Shown: piece by piece, positions 39,226 through 51,889 of the stretch | Numbering within the stretch: position 1 is the stretch's first letter | Layout of the letters: each line of letters opens with the position of its first letter | Assembly (NCBI GenBank): GCA_002269645.1 | Contig: NIVC01002202.1 | Coordinates: 21,138 to 85,137, forward strand | Length of the DNA: 64,000 nucleotides | Origin: Macrostomum lignano | Taxonomy: Eukaryota | Direction of reading: 5' to 3' | Notes under the pieces: generated by a model | What the model saw: the letters and a program-made list of their open reading frames with translations, nothing else | Databases searched by the model: none | Told to the model about the DNA's origin: nothing | Made by a program: the position numbers and the translations under genes

Positions 39226-39239
39226 ACTCATTGTAAACC

Positions 39240-39520
39240 GCCATCTCATAGAATCGCCCCACCATCTCAAAGAATCGCCCCCGCCATCTCAAAGAATCGC
39301 CCCGCCAACTCAAAGAATCGCCCCGCCATCTCAAAGAATCGCCCCCGCCATCTCAAAGAATCGCCCCGCCATCTCGAAGAATCGCATCGCCATCTCAAAG
39401 AATCGCCCCCGCAAACTCAAAGAATCGCCCCGCCATCTCAAAGAATCGTCCCCGCCATCTCAAAGAATCGCCCCGCCATCTCAAAGAATCGCCCCCGCCA
39501 TCTCAAAGAATCGCCCATCT
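39240..39520. repeat. ~21-bp minisatellite
   Basis: Unit TCTCAAAGAATCGCCCCGCCA. Confidence 0.93.
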
Positions 39521-39984
39521 CAGGGCAAATCGCTATTGAAAGTCACTGGGAAATGAATTCATTCGCAAAACCTTTGTCGGATAGGAATAAACATTTTTCA
39601 TCTAACATTCTTTCGACTCACGGAGCTGCCCACAGTCTCACTCAGCTCCTCTCTTCCCCCTGCTAGTAGCAATTGTGCAGAATAATTTCATCACTGCTTT
39701 CATAAGCATAATTTCTGCATAAATTTGTCGCAGAAAAACAACGAAAATCTTATTTTAAAATGCAGTTATCTTTGTGCTTTCTGTCTCGCTTTTGTGACCC
39801 TCGCAATTAGTGGGGCCGCTCAGCCTCCTAGCACCATCATATCATTTACGAGCTATATTCTCTCGCTTCAATCTGATCTGCTGGTCCTAATTCTGCGGCT
39901 GGGTGTTTCACGGGGGAGACACAATACAGAGCACTGAACAAAATTGACACTTTTATTGATTCTTGCTGCAACTGTTCACCGATA

Positions 39985-40555
39985 CTCATCTTCAGGAATC
40001 ATTTCTCCATCCTCATTCTCTCGATAATCATCTTCCCAAATCATTTCTCCATCCTCACTCTCTCGATAATCATCTTCAGGAATCATTTCTCCATCCTCAT
40101 TCTCTCGATAATCATCTTCCCAAATCATTTCCCCATCCTCACTCTCTCGATAATCATCTTCATGAATCATTTCTCCATCCTCACTCTCTCGATAATCATC
40201 TTCAGGAATCATTTCCCCATCCTCACTCTCTCGATAATCATCTTCAGGAATCATTTCCCCATCCTCACTCTCTCGATAATCATCTTCAGGAATCATTTTC
40301 CCATCCTCACTCTCTCGATAATCATCTTCAGGAATCATTTTCCCATCCTCACTCTCTCGATAATCATCTTCCCGAATCATTTCCCCGTCCTCATTCTCTT
40401 GATAATCATCTTCAGGAATCATTTTCCCATCCTCACTCTCTCGACGATCATCTTCCCGAATCATTTCCCCATCCTCATTCTCTCAATAATCTTCTTCAGG
40501 AATTCATTTCCCCATCCTCATTCTCTTGATAATCATCTTAAGGAATCATTTCCTT
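39985..40555. repeat. 42-bp minisatellite
   Basis: Unit CCATCCTCACTCTCTCGATAATCATCTTCAGGAATCATTTCC, ~13 copies. Confidence 0.96.
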
Positions 40556-42235
40556 CAAATCGCTAGTGCATTTAGTATGCTCTGTAGAAATCAGATTCTT
40601 CTAGCACGGATATTTTCCGACAGATTTGTCTATGGCAATAACCCCATTTTGTGCTGTGCGTTCTCCGGAGCAATACAGAGAAGCCCCTAAAGACCGAAGC
40701 GAAGCATTTCTGTCACTAAAACTGCCTATCAAGAAATCGAAATCGAGGCACCCTGATATTAACTGTTGAACACGGGCTGAAGAACATGAATAAGGAAGCA
40801 CTGGGGGGATTTAGCACGGATTATCCCCCATCCAGCAGCCTGCAGGGCTCTGCATCAATGGCATATATTAATGGACGCAGCTGCCAGCCATCAATTGAAG
40901 CCCTTGGCCAGTTCATTTTTCCCAGTTAGGAGAAAAAAGATGAGCCAGAGCCCTTAGCGGGTCTTCGGTCCTCGAAATCTCCCATAGGAACGGACCCGGC
41001 GGGCCCATATCTGTTGGCCCTCGTCCCCCGGGTCTCATTAAACTTGGAACACATCCGCCCTTATCTGCTGCTCATTTTCTGCTTTTAATCTCATCCCAGC
41101 CTCTCTCATCCTGATTTCTGCTTTTTTTCAATTCGACAGCTTTTCCGGTTGACCCAGACAGACAAGCCAACTGTACCGGTCTCATATTCAATCGCTGTGC
41201 TGCCATGCTGACGAGTTCAACTAACCAATGGGACAGGGTGCCTTAGCCTGATGTGCCAGCGGCCCAGGCTCGATTCCAAATGCAGTCCACATTAATTTTG
41301 GGGCCAAATTGGAATCTCGGCTTGGCTCTGCTCGTGCAATTAGCGCCATTGAAGGCCAACCTCTAAGGCACAGTGAAGTGTACATGTCTGACGGTTAGAC
41401 AGTCAGGGCCGCTGTACACCCTGAGTGAGCGTGTGTGTGAGTGCGTGCCTGCATGTGCTCAGGAGTCAGCGGTGGTTGTGGGACGATGTCGCGACCTTTC
41501 ACAGTCTCAGAGGACAACAAGCGGTTGCATCCTTTACCTCTCATGACTGCGGACTCACCTTGTTGAAGAAGCAGCGCGTCTCATTCGAGTTGCCATGCAG
41601 GCTGGGCTCAGGGGCTTAAAAGACCGAATAGGACGATGAGGAACGGAGAGAGACTGGGGGGCGAGAATTGATCGCCGCTGCACTACCCCAGGAAGCAGCC
41701 GGCAGCTGAAATGATTCAGAAGAAACACGCAGGGCTGCTTAGAAAAGTGGAAAAAGAGGAAACACGGAACACTTTCCCAGCTTCACACCGCTTCATCCAT
41801 GTGCGTGCGGACCTGGCTGAGTTCAATATGTTGACTGGTGGGGGGGGGGGTAATGCAGTAAAAGTTTGTAAAGCAAGCCAGACACCGAGTGCTAGATTTT
41901 TAATTATAGAAGAATAACAACTTTTTACTTTGCCCTTACCCCCCACCGCGCCGACATCCGGTCGAGATGGAGGACGGCAGCTGGGCCAAGATTATTCCCG
42001 GCTGCGGAACTTTTTCTTCTTCCGCCGAAACAAGTTGAAAGCTGGGAAATTTGAATTGGCTATTCCCCCAGGAACCTGGAACCAGGGTCTGGAGAGGATT
42101 TAATCCTCATTTTTATGTCGCTTTTCAGTTCCCTCACGACAGTTGTTCTTCCATAAATTTCTAATAAATTCTGCTTGGTGAAATCATACTCTTTAAAGTT
42201 GGTCTTGACTAAACTTCTGTAGTAAACTTTACATG

Positions 42236-42420
42236 TAAGTACCATGTAGGTACCATGTAGGTACATTTAGGTACCATGTAGGTACCATGTAGGTACCATG
42301 TAAGTACCCATGAAGGTACCATGTAAGTACCCATGTAGGTACCATGTATGTACCATGTAGGTACCATGTAAGTACCCATGTAGGTACCATGTAGGTACCA
42401 TGTAGGCACCATGTAGGCAC
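42236..42420. repeat. 11-bp minisatellite
   Basis: Unit GTACCATGTAG. Confidence 0.93.
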
Positions 42421-42778
42421 CAGTTATCAAGCAGCAGAGCAGCTCAGCGGTTCACCCCCTGGTTGGATTCCGTGAGCGTGAAGATATGGGAAATTTTACT
42501 TTTTTCAACAAAATCAGACCACGAATGTAAAATGTCTCGTTTGAACAGAATACAAGTTATGACAATCGATACGAAACCGCAGGTTTTAGAAAATATTCTC
42601 GACTTTTACTGACCCAGGCACCCATAAAACTCGTTGATAAAATGCGAAACACGTAAAACTGCAGGGAGCGAAAGGCCGCCACTTCTATGAAGTTTGGACT
42701 TTTATGGCGCTTGGGTTGCGGCTTCGCGGAGGCAGGCGATTCATGAAATTGCAAGCTTTTCACCGGGTCAGTTGGTCA

Positions 42779-43570
42779 GGAATAGAATGGATTGCTAGTC
42801 TAGCCTACATCAATGATGAAGGAATAGAATGGATTGCTAATCTAGCCTACATCAATGATGAAGGAATAGAATGGATTGCTAGTCTAGCCTACATCAATGA
42901 TGAAGGAATAGAATGGATTGCTAATCTAGCCTACATCAATGATGAAGGAATAGAATGGATTGCTAGTCTAGCCTACATCAATGATGAAGGAATAGAATGG
43001 ATTGCTAGTCTAGCCTACATCAATGATGAAAGAATAGAATGGATTGCTAGTCTAGCCTACATCAATGATGAAGGAATAGAATGGATTGCTAGTCTAGCCT
43101 ACATCAATGATGAAGGAATAGAATGGATTGCTAATCTAGCCTACATCAATGCTGAAGGAATAGAATGGATTGCTAGTCTAGCCTACATCAATGATGAAGG
43201 AATAGAATGGATTGCTAGTCTAGCCTACATCAATGATGAAGGAATAGAATGGATTGCTAGTCTAGCCTACATCAATGATGAAGGAATAGAATGGATTGCT
43301 AGTCTAGCCTACATCAATGATGAAGGAATAGAATGGATTGCTAATCTAGCCTACATCAATGCTGAAGGAATAGAATGGATTGCTAGTCTAGCCTACATCA
43401 ATGATGAAGGAATAGAATGGATTGCTAGTCTAGCCTACATCAATGATGAAGGAATAGAATGGATTGCTAGTCTAGCCTACATCAATGATGAAGGAATAGA
43501 ATGGATTGCTAGTCTAGCCTACATCAATGATGAAGGAATAGAATGGATTGCTAATCTAGCTTACATCAGT
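42779..43570. repeat. 42-bp minisatellite
   Basis: Unit GGAATAGAATGGATTGCTAGTCTAGCCTACATCAATGATGAA, ~19 near-identical copies. Confidence 0.97.
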
Positions 43571-43844
43571 TAAGAAACAGAAATAATGACGAAATAAAAA
43601 AATTGAACATCTTTTTATGTGTTTTGCAATTATTTGAGCTCAAAGATCGATTTTGTCAGGTAAATAATCAATATTTCTACTACTAGTAGAGATTGAAGGG
43701 TTTTTTTCTTTGAATATGCGTATAATTGAAATGATTGAAATTTCAAGGGTCCCTCATGACTCCGCCAGCGCTTTTGTGAAGGAAGGTAAAATTTTTCCTT
43801 CATTGACCACCCATTGACCGGACCGGATCATTGATCGGATTAAC

Positions 43845-44722
43845 CATCAATCAGTCCACATCTGGCCATGAGAATCACTCCTTATCTGGCCATGAGAATC
43901 ACTCCTTATCTGGCCATGAGAATCACTACTCATCTGGCCATGAGAATCAGTCCTCATCTGGTCATGAGAATCAGTCCTCATCTGGCCATGAGAATCAGTC
44001 CTCATCTGGCCATGAGAATCACTCCTTATCTGGCCATGAGAATCACTACTCATCTGGCCATGAGAATCAGTCCTTATCTGGCCATGAGAATCACTACTCA
44101 TCTGGCCATGAGAATCAGTCCACATCTGGCCATGAGAATCACTCCACATCTGGCCATGAGAATCACTCCTTATCTGGCCATGAGAATCACTACTCATCTG
44201 GCCATGAGAATCAGTCCACATCTGGCCATGAGAATCACTACTCATCTGGCCATGAGAATCACTCCTTATCTGGCCATGAGAATCACTACTCATCTGGCCA
44301 TGAGAATCACTCCTTATCTGGCCATGAGAATCACTACTCATCTGGCCATGAGAATCACTCCACATCTGGCCATGAGAATCACTCCACATCTGGCCATGAG
44401 AATCACTCCACATCTGGCCATGAGAATCACTCCTTATCTGGCCATGAGAATCACTACTCATCTGGCCATGAGAATCACTCCTTATCTGGCCATGAGAATC
44501 ACTACTCATCTGGCCATGAGAATCACTCCACATCTGGCCATGAGAATCACTCCTCATCTGGCCATGAGAATCACTCCTCATCTGGCCATGAGAATCACTA
44601 CTCATCTGGCCATGAGAATCACTCCACATCTGGCCATGAGAATCACTCCTCATCTGGCCATGAGAATCACTCCTCATCTGGCCATGAGAATCACTCCTCA
44701 TCTGGCCATGAGAATCACTCTT
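43845..44722. repeat. 24-bp minisatellite
   Basis: Unit TCTGGCCATGAGAATCACTCCTCA, with ACTACT, CCTTA and CCACA variants. Confidence 0.97.
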
Positions 44723-44927
44723 AAAGAAAGCAATGATGCTGTGGTCTACAGAGCCAAAACGCCATAACTTGTTCAGTGTAAGCAAAACCGTATGCAGATA
44801 ACGTAATCTCTTTTGAAGATACGAGCTGCCTTTCATATTTTAATGTCTTCTTATGATCGTAATCTGCAAGGAAAAGAGATTTGTCACGTGCTTAAAATTA
44901 AAATGAAGTGCTTCAGAATCTCTACAG

Positions 44928-45347
44928 TCAGCCAGCCAGCCAGCCAGTCAGTCAGTCAGTCAGTCAGTCAGTCAGTCAGTCAGTCAGTCAGTCAGTCAGT
45001 CAGTCAGTCAGTCAGTCAGTCAGTCAGTCAGTCAGTCAGTCAGTCAGTCAGTCAGTCAGTCAGTCAGTCAGTCAGTCAGTCAGTCAGTCAGTCAGTCAGT
45101 CAGTCAGTCAGTCAGTCAGTCAGTCAGTCAGTCAGTCAGTCAGTCAGTCAGTCAGTCAGTCAGTCAGTCACCCACTCACTCAAGTCAGTCAGTCAGTCAG
45201 TCAGTCAGTCAGTCAGTCAGTCAGTCAGTCAGTCAGTCAGTCACCCACTCACTCAAGTCAGTCAGTCAGTCAGTCAGTCAGTCAGTCAGTCAGTCAGTCA
45301 GTCAGTCAGTCAGTCAGTCAGTCAGTCAGTCAGTCAGTCAGTCAGTC
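44928..45347. repeat. (AGTC)n microsatellite
   Basis: About 100 units, interrupted twice by CCCACTCACTCA. Confidence 0.99.
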
Positions 45348-46220
45348 CATTAGTTTCCATATTTGGGTTTATGCTGGCCGCAGAACTCGCGGCCTGAGAC
45401 TGCAATGCTTATTTTGCAAACAGCCTCCTTCTCAACCGAGAGCTGCGCACGACACGCCTTCACTTTCCCATGACCGGCTGGGTGCAGCAGCATCGGAGTG
45501 CCGCAACAATTTCATCCAGCTGACCCATGCAAATCTGCCAGATTCAAATCTGAAGTGTTTTGAGGGCCAGCAGCAGGGCCTGAGAACTCTCGCATGGAGA
45601 GGGCGGCCCGCCCATGCTGCGGAGTCTGAGGTCTAAACTCTTCCTTCATCAGTGCAGTTGTCGGCATAAATGGTTTCTATGCTCTCACTCTTACTCTATC
45701 ATTAGGCTAATCGCTCCATGAGCAGGCATTGTTCTGAGCCCAGCTGGATCCGAGGCGAGCCCGAGAAAGAAGAATGCAAAGAGCGAGCAGAAGATTTTAA
45801 AATACACTCGAGAAACCTCGAGGCGTATATTATACATCGCTATCAATACATCTGATGTCGAAAAAACCCCAGGAACTTACTGAGCTTCTGTCAACAAAGT
45901 TTGCATAAAAATATCTTGATGGAGCTCTATTTAACATCAATTGTACTGGATGGCAGTTAAATGCGCGAAAACTGGTAATGGCGGACTCAAACAGGCAACA
46001 AGGGATTAATTTTGATACTGATGAAAAACCTTAGGAATGAAAGGAAGTTAGGGATCAGCAGGCAATATGTGTCGATTACATAATGATTCTGGGTCTGTGC
46101 CACTGTGCGTACATACGGTTTTGAAAGTCAAGTTGCAGCAGAAACCAACTTTTAGCTACGTGTAAATGAGGCTCAAAAATTCAATGTCAAGTTCATGCAA
46201 AGGGGCTCGAACTCCGATCG

Positions 46221-48382
46221 CTAGAAGTAGACAGTCAAGCCCGGTCCACCGTTGCGTCCCAGCTGGTCGCCCTGTGAATTCGGCAGATCCGAGGCTGCGT
46301 CCACCGCGTTCTCCACCTGAACAACATTGAGATTGCTGCCTGCGTGCAGCTGCCTCGGCCGCGAGCTGTGCATCAGCGTCCGCTGGCTGCCAACCAGAGA
46401 GCCCTCGCCAGACACGGTGTGAATGCTTCCATTAGTCATCGAGGAATAGTAGTCATTAGCCGAGCCCAGCTGGTAAACACCGTTGCTGACAAACAGCTCG
46501 CCTTGGTCGCGCTCCCGGTTGAACGAGCCGACATCCGAGCCGGCCTGGTCACCGAACATGTAGTTGTTGTAGCCGTCCAGCGGATTGTCCTGCAGTGAGG
46601 TGCCGCCAAACTCGTTCATGTCGTGATAATCGTAGCTGTCCGGCAGCTCGCTGCCATCCGGGGGGCCGGTCTCGGAGTCCGCCTGCTTCGCTGAGTAGCG
46701 CCTGTAGAGCAGGAATGCCACGATAACTGAGATTATAATCACGGCGAAGACGCAGCCCAGAACGATGAGGGGAATCGTGCTGACGGAGGCGTTCGCAACG
46801 TTGATCAGGGCGGAATCGAAGTTGACAATGACGGTGACGGAGCTGGTCCTGGAGCCGTCCGAAGCTGTAACGCTGAAGCGGTAGCTTTTTTCAGCAAGAT
46901 TTGCTGGAATAGTGTTGATTGTGATGATGCCAAGTTTTGCATCCACCGCGAACAGCTTCCTGTAGTCGGTGTCCATGATAGAGAAGGTCACCGTTGATCC
47001 GTCGCCATCGACGGCGCTGACTCTGCCAACCTCGAGGCCGTTCTCGCGCTTCGCGGCGGCGAACGTGTACTCGGCACTGTCGAATGTGGGATTATACTCG
47101 TTATCGTTTCCAACCAGTACCAACACTGTCGTAAATCCCCATCCAGTTCCGTCAGATGCAGACACGTTTAGCGTGTACGAAGACTTCGACTCATAATCCA
47201 ATGATTTGATTGCCCTCAGCTCCCCCGTTGACGCGCCGATGCTGAACACGTCCAGAAACCCTGACAGGTGATAGGTCACGCTTCTCCTCAGATGATCGAT
47301 TGTCTTCACGACCACCACCAGTCCTTGAGGGTTGTTCTCCATGACGGTTACGTTGTAGAGGGTCGAATCGAACACAGGCGGCGTGTACGAGGCAGCCACA
47401 ATGTTGAGCTGCAGCTCTGTGTTGGTCTTTCTATCGCCATTGTTCGCCTGAGTGGCAAACAAAACAATGCTGTACCTTTCTGAATCTGGCAGGTTTGTGA
47501 TCAAGGACAGAGCTCCAGTCGCATTGTCAATGTTCACAATGTTTGAAGGACTTTGAGACACGATTGTGTAAAAAATTGCGGCATTCAGACCAATGTCCCC
47601 ATCTACTGCCTTGATGGGTGGCGATATCAGAGTTCCTGACGTGCTGTTCGACAGCAGTTCGCGTACATAGCAGACCCCGCTCGGGGCCCCGGCTGTACAG
47701 TTCAGCCACACGGGGTTCGTGTCGTCTTCGTTGATGATGTTCACAGTGAGGGTTGTGTTTACCTCGAACACTTTCTGGCCAGTTGTGTTGTAATCAGAGA
47801 CTTTCAGGATGAGAACGACCTGCTGCACTGTTTCGTAGTCTAGCTGTTTGATGAGCGAGATGTTCATCACGGATTGACTCGGGTTGAGCAAGCTAAAATA
47901 ACTGGAATATTCCGATGGAAGAATGCTATACTCGAGCCTTTGTCCGCTGTTCTTGTCAGGTTCATCCGTGGCTTTCGGCTTCACTTTCAGCTCGTATGGG
48001 ACCGGTTCAGTCTCCCTTACTGAGTAGGTGTAGTTCCAGCTGTCCCACACGGGAGCATTGTTGTCGGTGTCGATCATGTTCACTATGAGAAGCTTCTTTT
48101 CTCCATCGCCGCATGTAATACGAAGCACCTTAACACCCGTCATTGGTGACTTCAGCAACAGGGAATTGTTTGACAGAACTTCGAGAGGCATCCCGGCGTT
48201 CTGGGTATCAATACTTGTGGCAGCGTGGTCCAGAGTGTCTGGAGATTTCACAATGACTGGCATCACGACTGTCCCAGCTGGTGTGTAGTCATAAACGTAG
48301 ATATTTTCAGCCTCCAGAGTGCATCCGTGTGCGACACCCCGACTAACGCCCAGCCGAGCAGCAGGTAGCTGAATGCGTGCAT
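46221..48382 (-). CDS. Intronless non-classical cadherin (about 5 EC repeats, one TM helix, C-terminal TVYF); apparent 1-nt frameshift near 48337-48340
   Basis: Cadherin motifs DTDNNAPVW, LDYET, NEDDTNPVW, AVDGDIG, LDYESK, NDNEYNPTFD, AVDGDG. TM helix IPLIVLGCVFAVIIISVIVAFLLY. The probable start ATG at 48382 (MHAFSYLLLGWALV...) is out of frame with the long ORF. Confidence 0.88.
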
Positions 48383-49679
48383 GAAGGCACCTCTGACAGA
48401 CCGAGATTTGCTTTGTATCAACTCTGATGGCTTCAGACTGGCGTCTCTTACGAGTGCAAGACCCTGTTTTTGTGTCTACTGCAGAAGCACAACGCACCGC
48501 CAGCTTTTATTGCACCCAGAGAGGCCTACCCAAAACAGTTTCGTCGGGGGTGGTTTGCACTGTGTGTTCGGTCGGCCATAATTGGCTGAGCAGTTGTTTG
48601 AGAAAGAAGAAAGCCAGGCAAGAAGAGCAGGCAATAGCCCTATATGCATGTTACACACTCCCCATCGTAGCTATGCCGCTTCACAGTACCTCAGCTGGCT
48701 GGTTCTGGTTGCAGTACAGAAACAGCTCGGGCCACCATGCAGTTTTAACAGTGGATACGAGCTGAGCGAGTGAGAAAGCGAGAGAGGAAAGAACTCAGAC
48801 CCAGAGGGGGGGGCGGCATTGCCGAGACTGTGGGAACGCGCCTCTCCAGCTGCTATGGGGGCCTGTCATGCATCACTGCGCTTGCAAGCCACGCCTCGAC
48901 TCTACTGTTGCCTTGTAGTGCTATGGCACAATGAGGCCAGCCCAGCCGTTCTTATAGTTAACAATGAAACCTCTAGCCAGTGCTTAACTCTCTTGCCTAC
49001 TAGTAGAAAGCTGACATTAGTGGAAGAATTCTATCGTACCATCGAGTCTATAATAGCTTGTAGAATTCTGGGAATCTCTGGGTTTCTGGGCCGTTTCGGT
49101 ATGGCCTGCAGTGCAGGCCTTTGGCTTCCAAATGGTTAAGAGCTTTTATTTTAGCCCTATAGCTTATCGTTTCTGCGGGCCCGACACGGGGCATGGAATC
49201 GACTCTTTTACTCGATCTACTTAGACTTTGGGCGCGGCCGGCGCAACTCGAATAAAGCAGAATGGCTGCTGGCTGGTGTGAATCGAAGAGTCATTTGCAT
49301 GGAAATTGTCGCCCACCCCCCGCCGCCCAAATCACTCGACTATGAGCTGTGCACGCAGGCAACATGGCAGGATTATGATTTTTCCTGGGCCTGTCAAGTA
49401 CACACTCTTACATATTTACCAGATAAATTTCAGTGAAAATTGGCTTCTCTTTACTTTAAGTAGCGCATTGCGGAGAAAAATAGAGTTCTTATTTTAAACA
49501 GGTCAATTATAACTAATTAAACTGATCTAGAATAGAAACTCTTCACGGGAAAGAATGCCTAAGCTTTCATGTACGTATTAATAGCCATCACGTGACCTTG
49601 TTTCGTTTTCTGCAAGCATGACTGAGGCATGGCTGAAGAGGTTCTATGATGGAGTAGCCTAAGAAACTAAGACCTATAG

Positions 49680-50020
49680 AATATGGACTTCGCGCAGATA
49701 TTCGCAAACTGATCATGGAGAAGGTGACACCCAAGAAAAGGCTGATCATTGAGGTACAGCAGCTCTGATCAGCTCAAGCAGTTAGCAACCAGCATCCCAG
49801 CTGAACAATCAGCTCCAGCAGTCATTGCCAGCGTCACAGTGGACAAGAATCAAAGTGCCAAAACCAGTGCAAGTTCTGTAGACAAGCAACCACTTTGCTG
49901 CCGTGTGCAAAAGCAGCACCCAGAAAAAGTCGATACACGAGCTCGAGACTGCGGAACCGGAAGGCAACCTGGCTCACAACCCTGGCTTCCTAAGAACTTT
50001 TGGCACTCGGCGCTCCGGCA
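49680..50020 (+). pseudogene. Decayed Ty3/gypsy-type gag fragment (CCHC zinc knuckle)
   Basis: TGC AAG TTC TGT AGA CA-AGC AAC CAC TTT GCT GCC GTG TGC AAA AGC reads CKFC..SNHFAAVCKS with one base missing, followed by ..SIHELE. This is the typical gypsy gag CxxCxxxNHFAAVC motif. Confidence 0.5.
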
Positions 50021-51099
50021 CCAGATAAACTGCCTCTTTTTACCATAGACATTCGTAGCGGGAACGAAACGAGTTTGAAAATGCACCGGCAGCCCCCGCC
50101 CGACTGAGATTGTCTATGGTCAAAACACGATCGGTTCCCCGCCAAGACTGTCTGTGGTAAATCCTCACTTACTGCTACCGATCGTACTCACTCGCGAGAG
50201 TTTCCTGAAAGAGTTTTCTAACGACAAAATAGCAAACGTGTGCTCAAAAATGAGATCTATTTTGGACTCAAGTTTCAACATGTGAAAGAAAATGAAGTAC
50301 CAGATGACATGTAAATTCGATTTTTACTTATTCATCTCTATTTTATTCAGTTTTCTACTGCGCATGTTGTGTGCTTTCAATCACTAAAGTCAGTACAATA
50401 CAATCTACGAGCATATAGTGAGACTTTAACATCTCGGAAAAAAATTCATCCAGACACGGCAATAAAGCTACGATGTGATTTTTTTAGTAAACACCACAGA
50501 TACCAGAGAATAATTATAGATGGGCCACTCAGGCATATATACTTACTAAAACAGCTTTCTGCTTTCAGTTCATTAGCAATAAACATAAGCATATACGACA
50601 TAAGCTATTTTATACTAATAAAGCCAGCTGAGATGACTCTGATAAGTTTAAAAGCCCAAGCTTGCAGGCGTAAAAAACTGGCTAATTGGTTCAGCAATAA
50701 TGTACATTAGCCACTGAAATGTACATGGCAGATGTTTAGGCTGGAACAACTGAGGAAGGTAATAAAAATTGGGTTCGCGGGGCAGGGGTAGAGGTTCTTG
50801 TGGGGTGTTTGAGGGTTTAAGCTTGGGGGTAAGAGCCAATAGATAAGCCTTGGCTTAAAAAATACATTAAAATGCTTCAGCTTCACTTACTACTGAACTA
50901 AAAGTAGCTTAGACGCAAATGTGCTGAGTGGTCCATCTAGTTATTCCAGTACGAATATCTGTGGGAAACACTGACGAAAGAGAATCGTCTTTTAAAAAAA
51001 TAAAATTGGACGGAAAATATAGAAAAGGCACACTGATATAAGAACACAGTTTAAAAAGTTAATCCGACAATTGGGTGATTGGGAAGTTTTCATGCTCCT

Positions 51100-51823
51100 T
51101 CATCGCTTCTTCTGCTGCGGCTTGGCGGCCACCTGCTTTCGCTGACCGACTTTCGCAGGGGCCTCGTTGCCGGAAACGGCGGGCCTGGCCGGGGCGGCGG
51201 CGGCTCGCTTCTGCTTCTCCTGGTAGCGCCGTTCGTAATAATCCAGCTCGGACTCTCCAGGCCTGCGCATCTGCGACTGCCGCTCCTCGGAGTCTTTCAG
51301 CGCCGCCTGCATGTCGCCCATCCGCATCTTGTGCTCCTTGATGCCGCCCACGTGCGCCCGAAGGAACGGGTTATCGTCCCCGGTGATCTCCTGGTCAAGG
51401 AACTCGGCCGACGGCGCGCCCCGGCCGCTCGGGTCCAGGCGGGCGTAGCCGGCGGCCAGCGAGCTGAAGCCGGTGATGCCGCCCATGGCTTTGTACGGCA
51501 CCGACTGGCCGACTGGGTGACCGCGGGCCTCGCGCTCCTCGCCAGTCTCAACTAGAGTCTCGTGCTGATGGGCCGGCAGGCCGCAGTCGCAGGTGAACGA
51601 AGTTTTATAACCGGCGCACTTCATGCACTCGCGACGTTTGCACAGGTAGGGCGGAGTGGGCGCGTGCTCGGTGCCCAGGTGCTTGCAGTGGCAGCGGACT
51701 GGCTGGCCGCCGTTCTTCGGCATGTAGCAGTAGCCGGGGCACGGGCAGCCGCGCACCTGGCAGGGCAGCGGAATCGGCCGACTGCTCGGCAGCTGTTCGA
51801 AATCGGTTTTGTGCTGTTTGTAC
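51100..51823 (-). CDS. FAM221A: FAM221A (DUF4475) coding exon 2; join 52768-52530, 51823-51100, 320 aa
   Basis: ccctccag|G TAC acceptor. YKQHKTDF...PCQVRGCPC...NGGQPVRCHCKH...FTCDCG...HETLVET..ER...PVGQSVPYKAMGGITGFSSLAAGYARLDPSG matches FAM221A. Confidence 0.95.
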
Positions 51824-51889
51824 CTGGAGGGATTCGAGGTGCATAAAAAAGAATGTAATTATCTGGAAGCGCAATGATCGTAGATGTGT

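Noticed and set aside
42704-43573. 289-aa ORF of GIEWIASLAYINDE repeats with a real ATG
   Set aside because: It is a 42-bp satellite that is open by chance. The visible variants are non-synonymous (S/N, D/A, G/R), there is no unique domain, and there are no splice signals.
39963-44836. His/Ser-rich and acidic repeat ORFs over the 42-bp and 24-bp arrays
   Set aside because: They are open in several frames and on both strands at once, which is the signature of non-coding tandem repeats with unit lengths divisible by 3.
48383-48497. N-terminal extension of the cadherin ORF (MRCASAVDTK...)
   Set aside because: It has a non-ATG start and no signal peptide. A better signal peptide exists in the adjacent frame.
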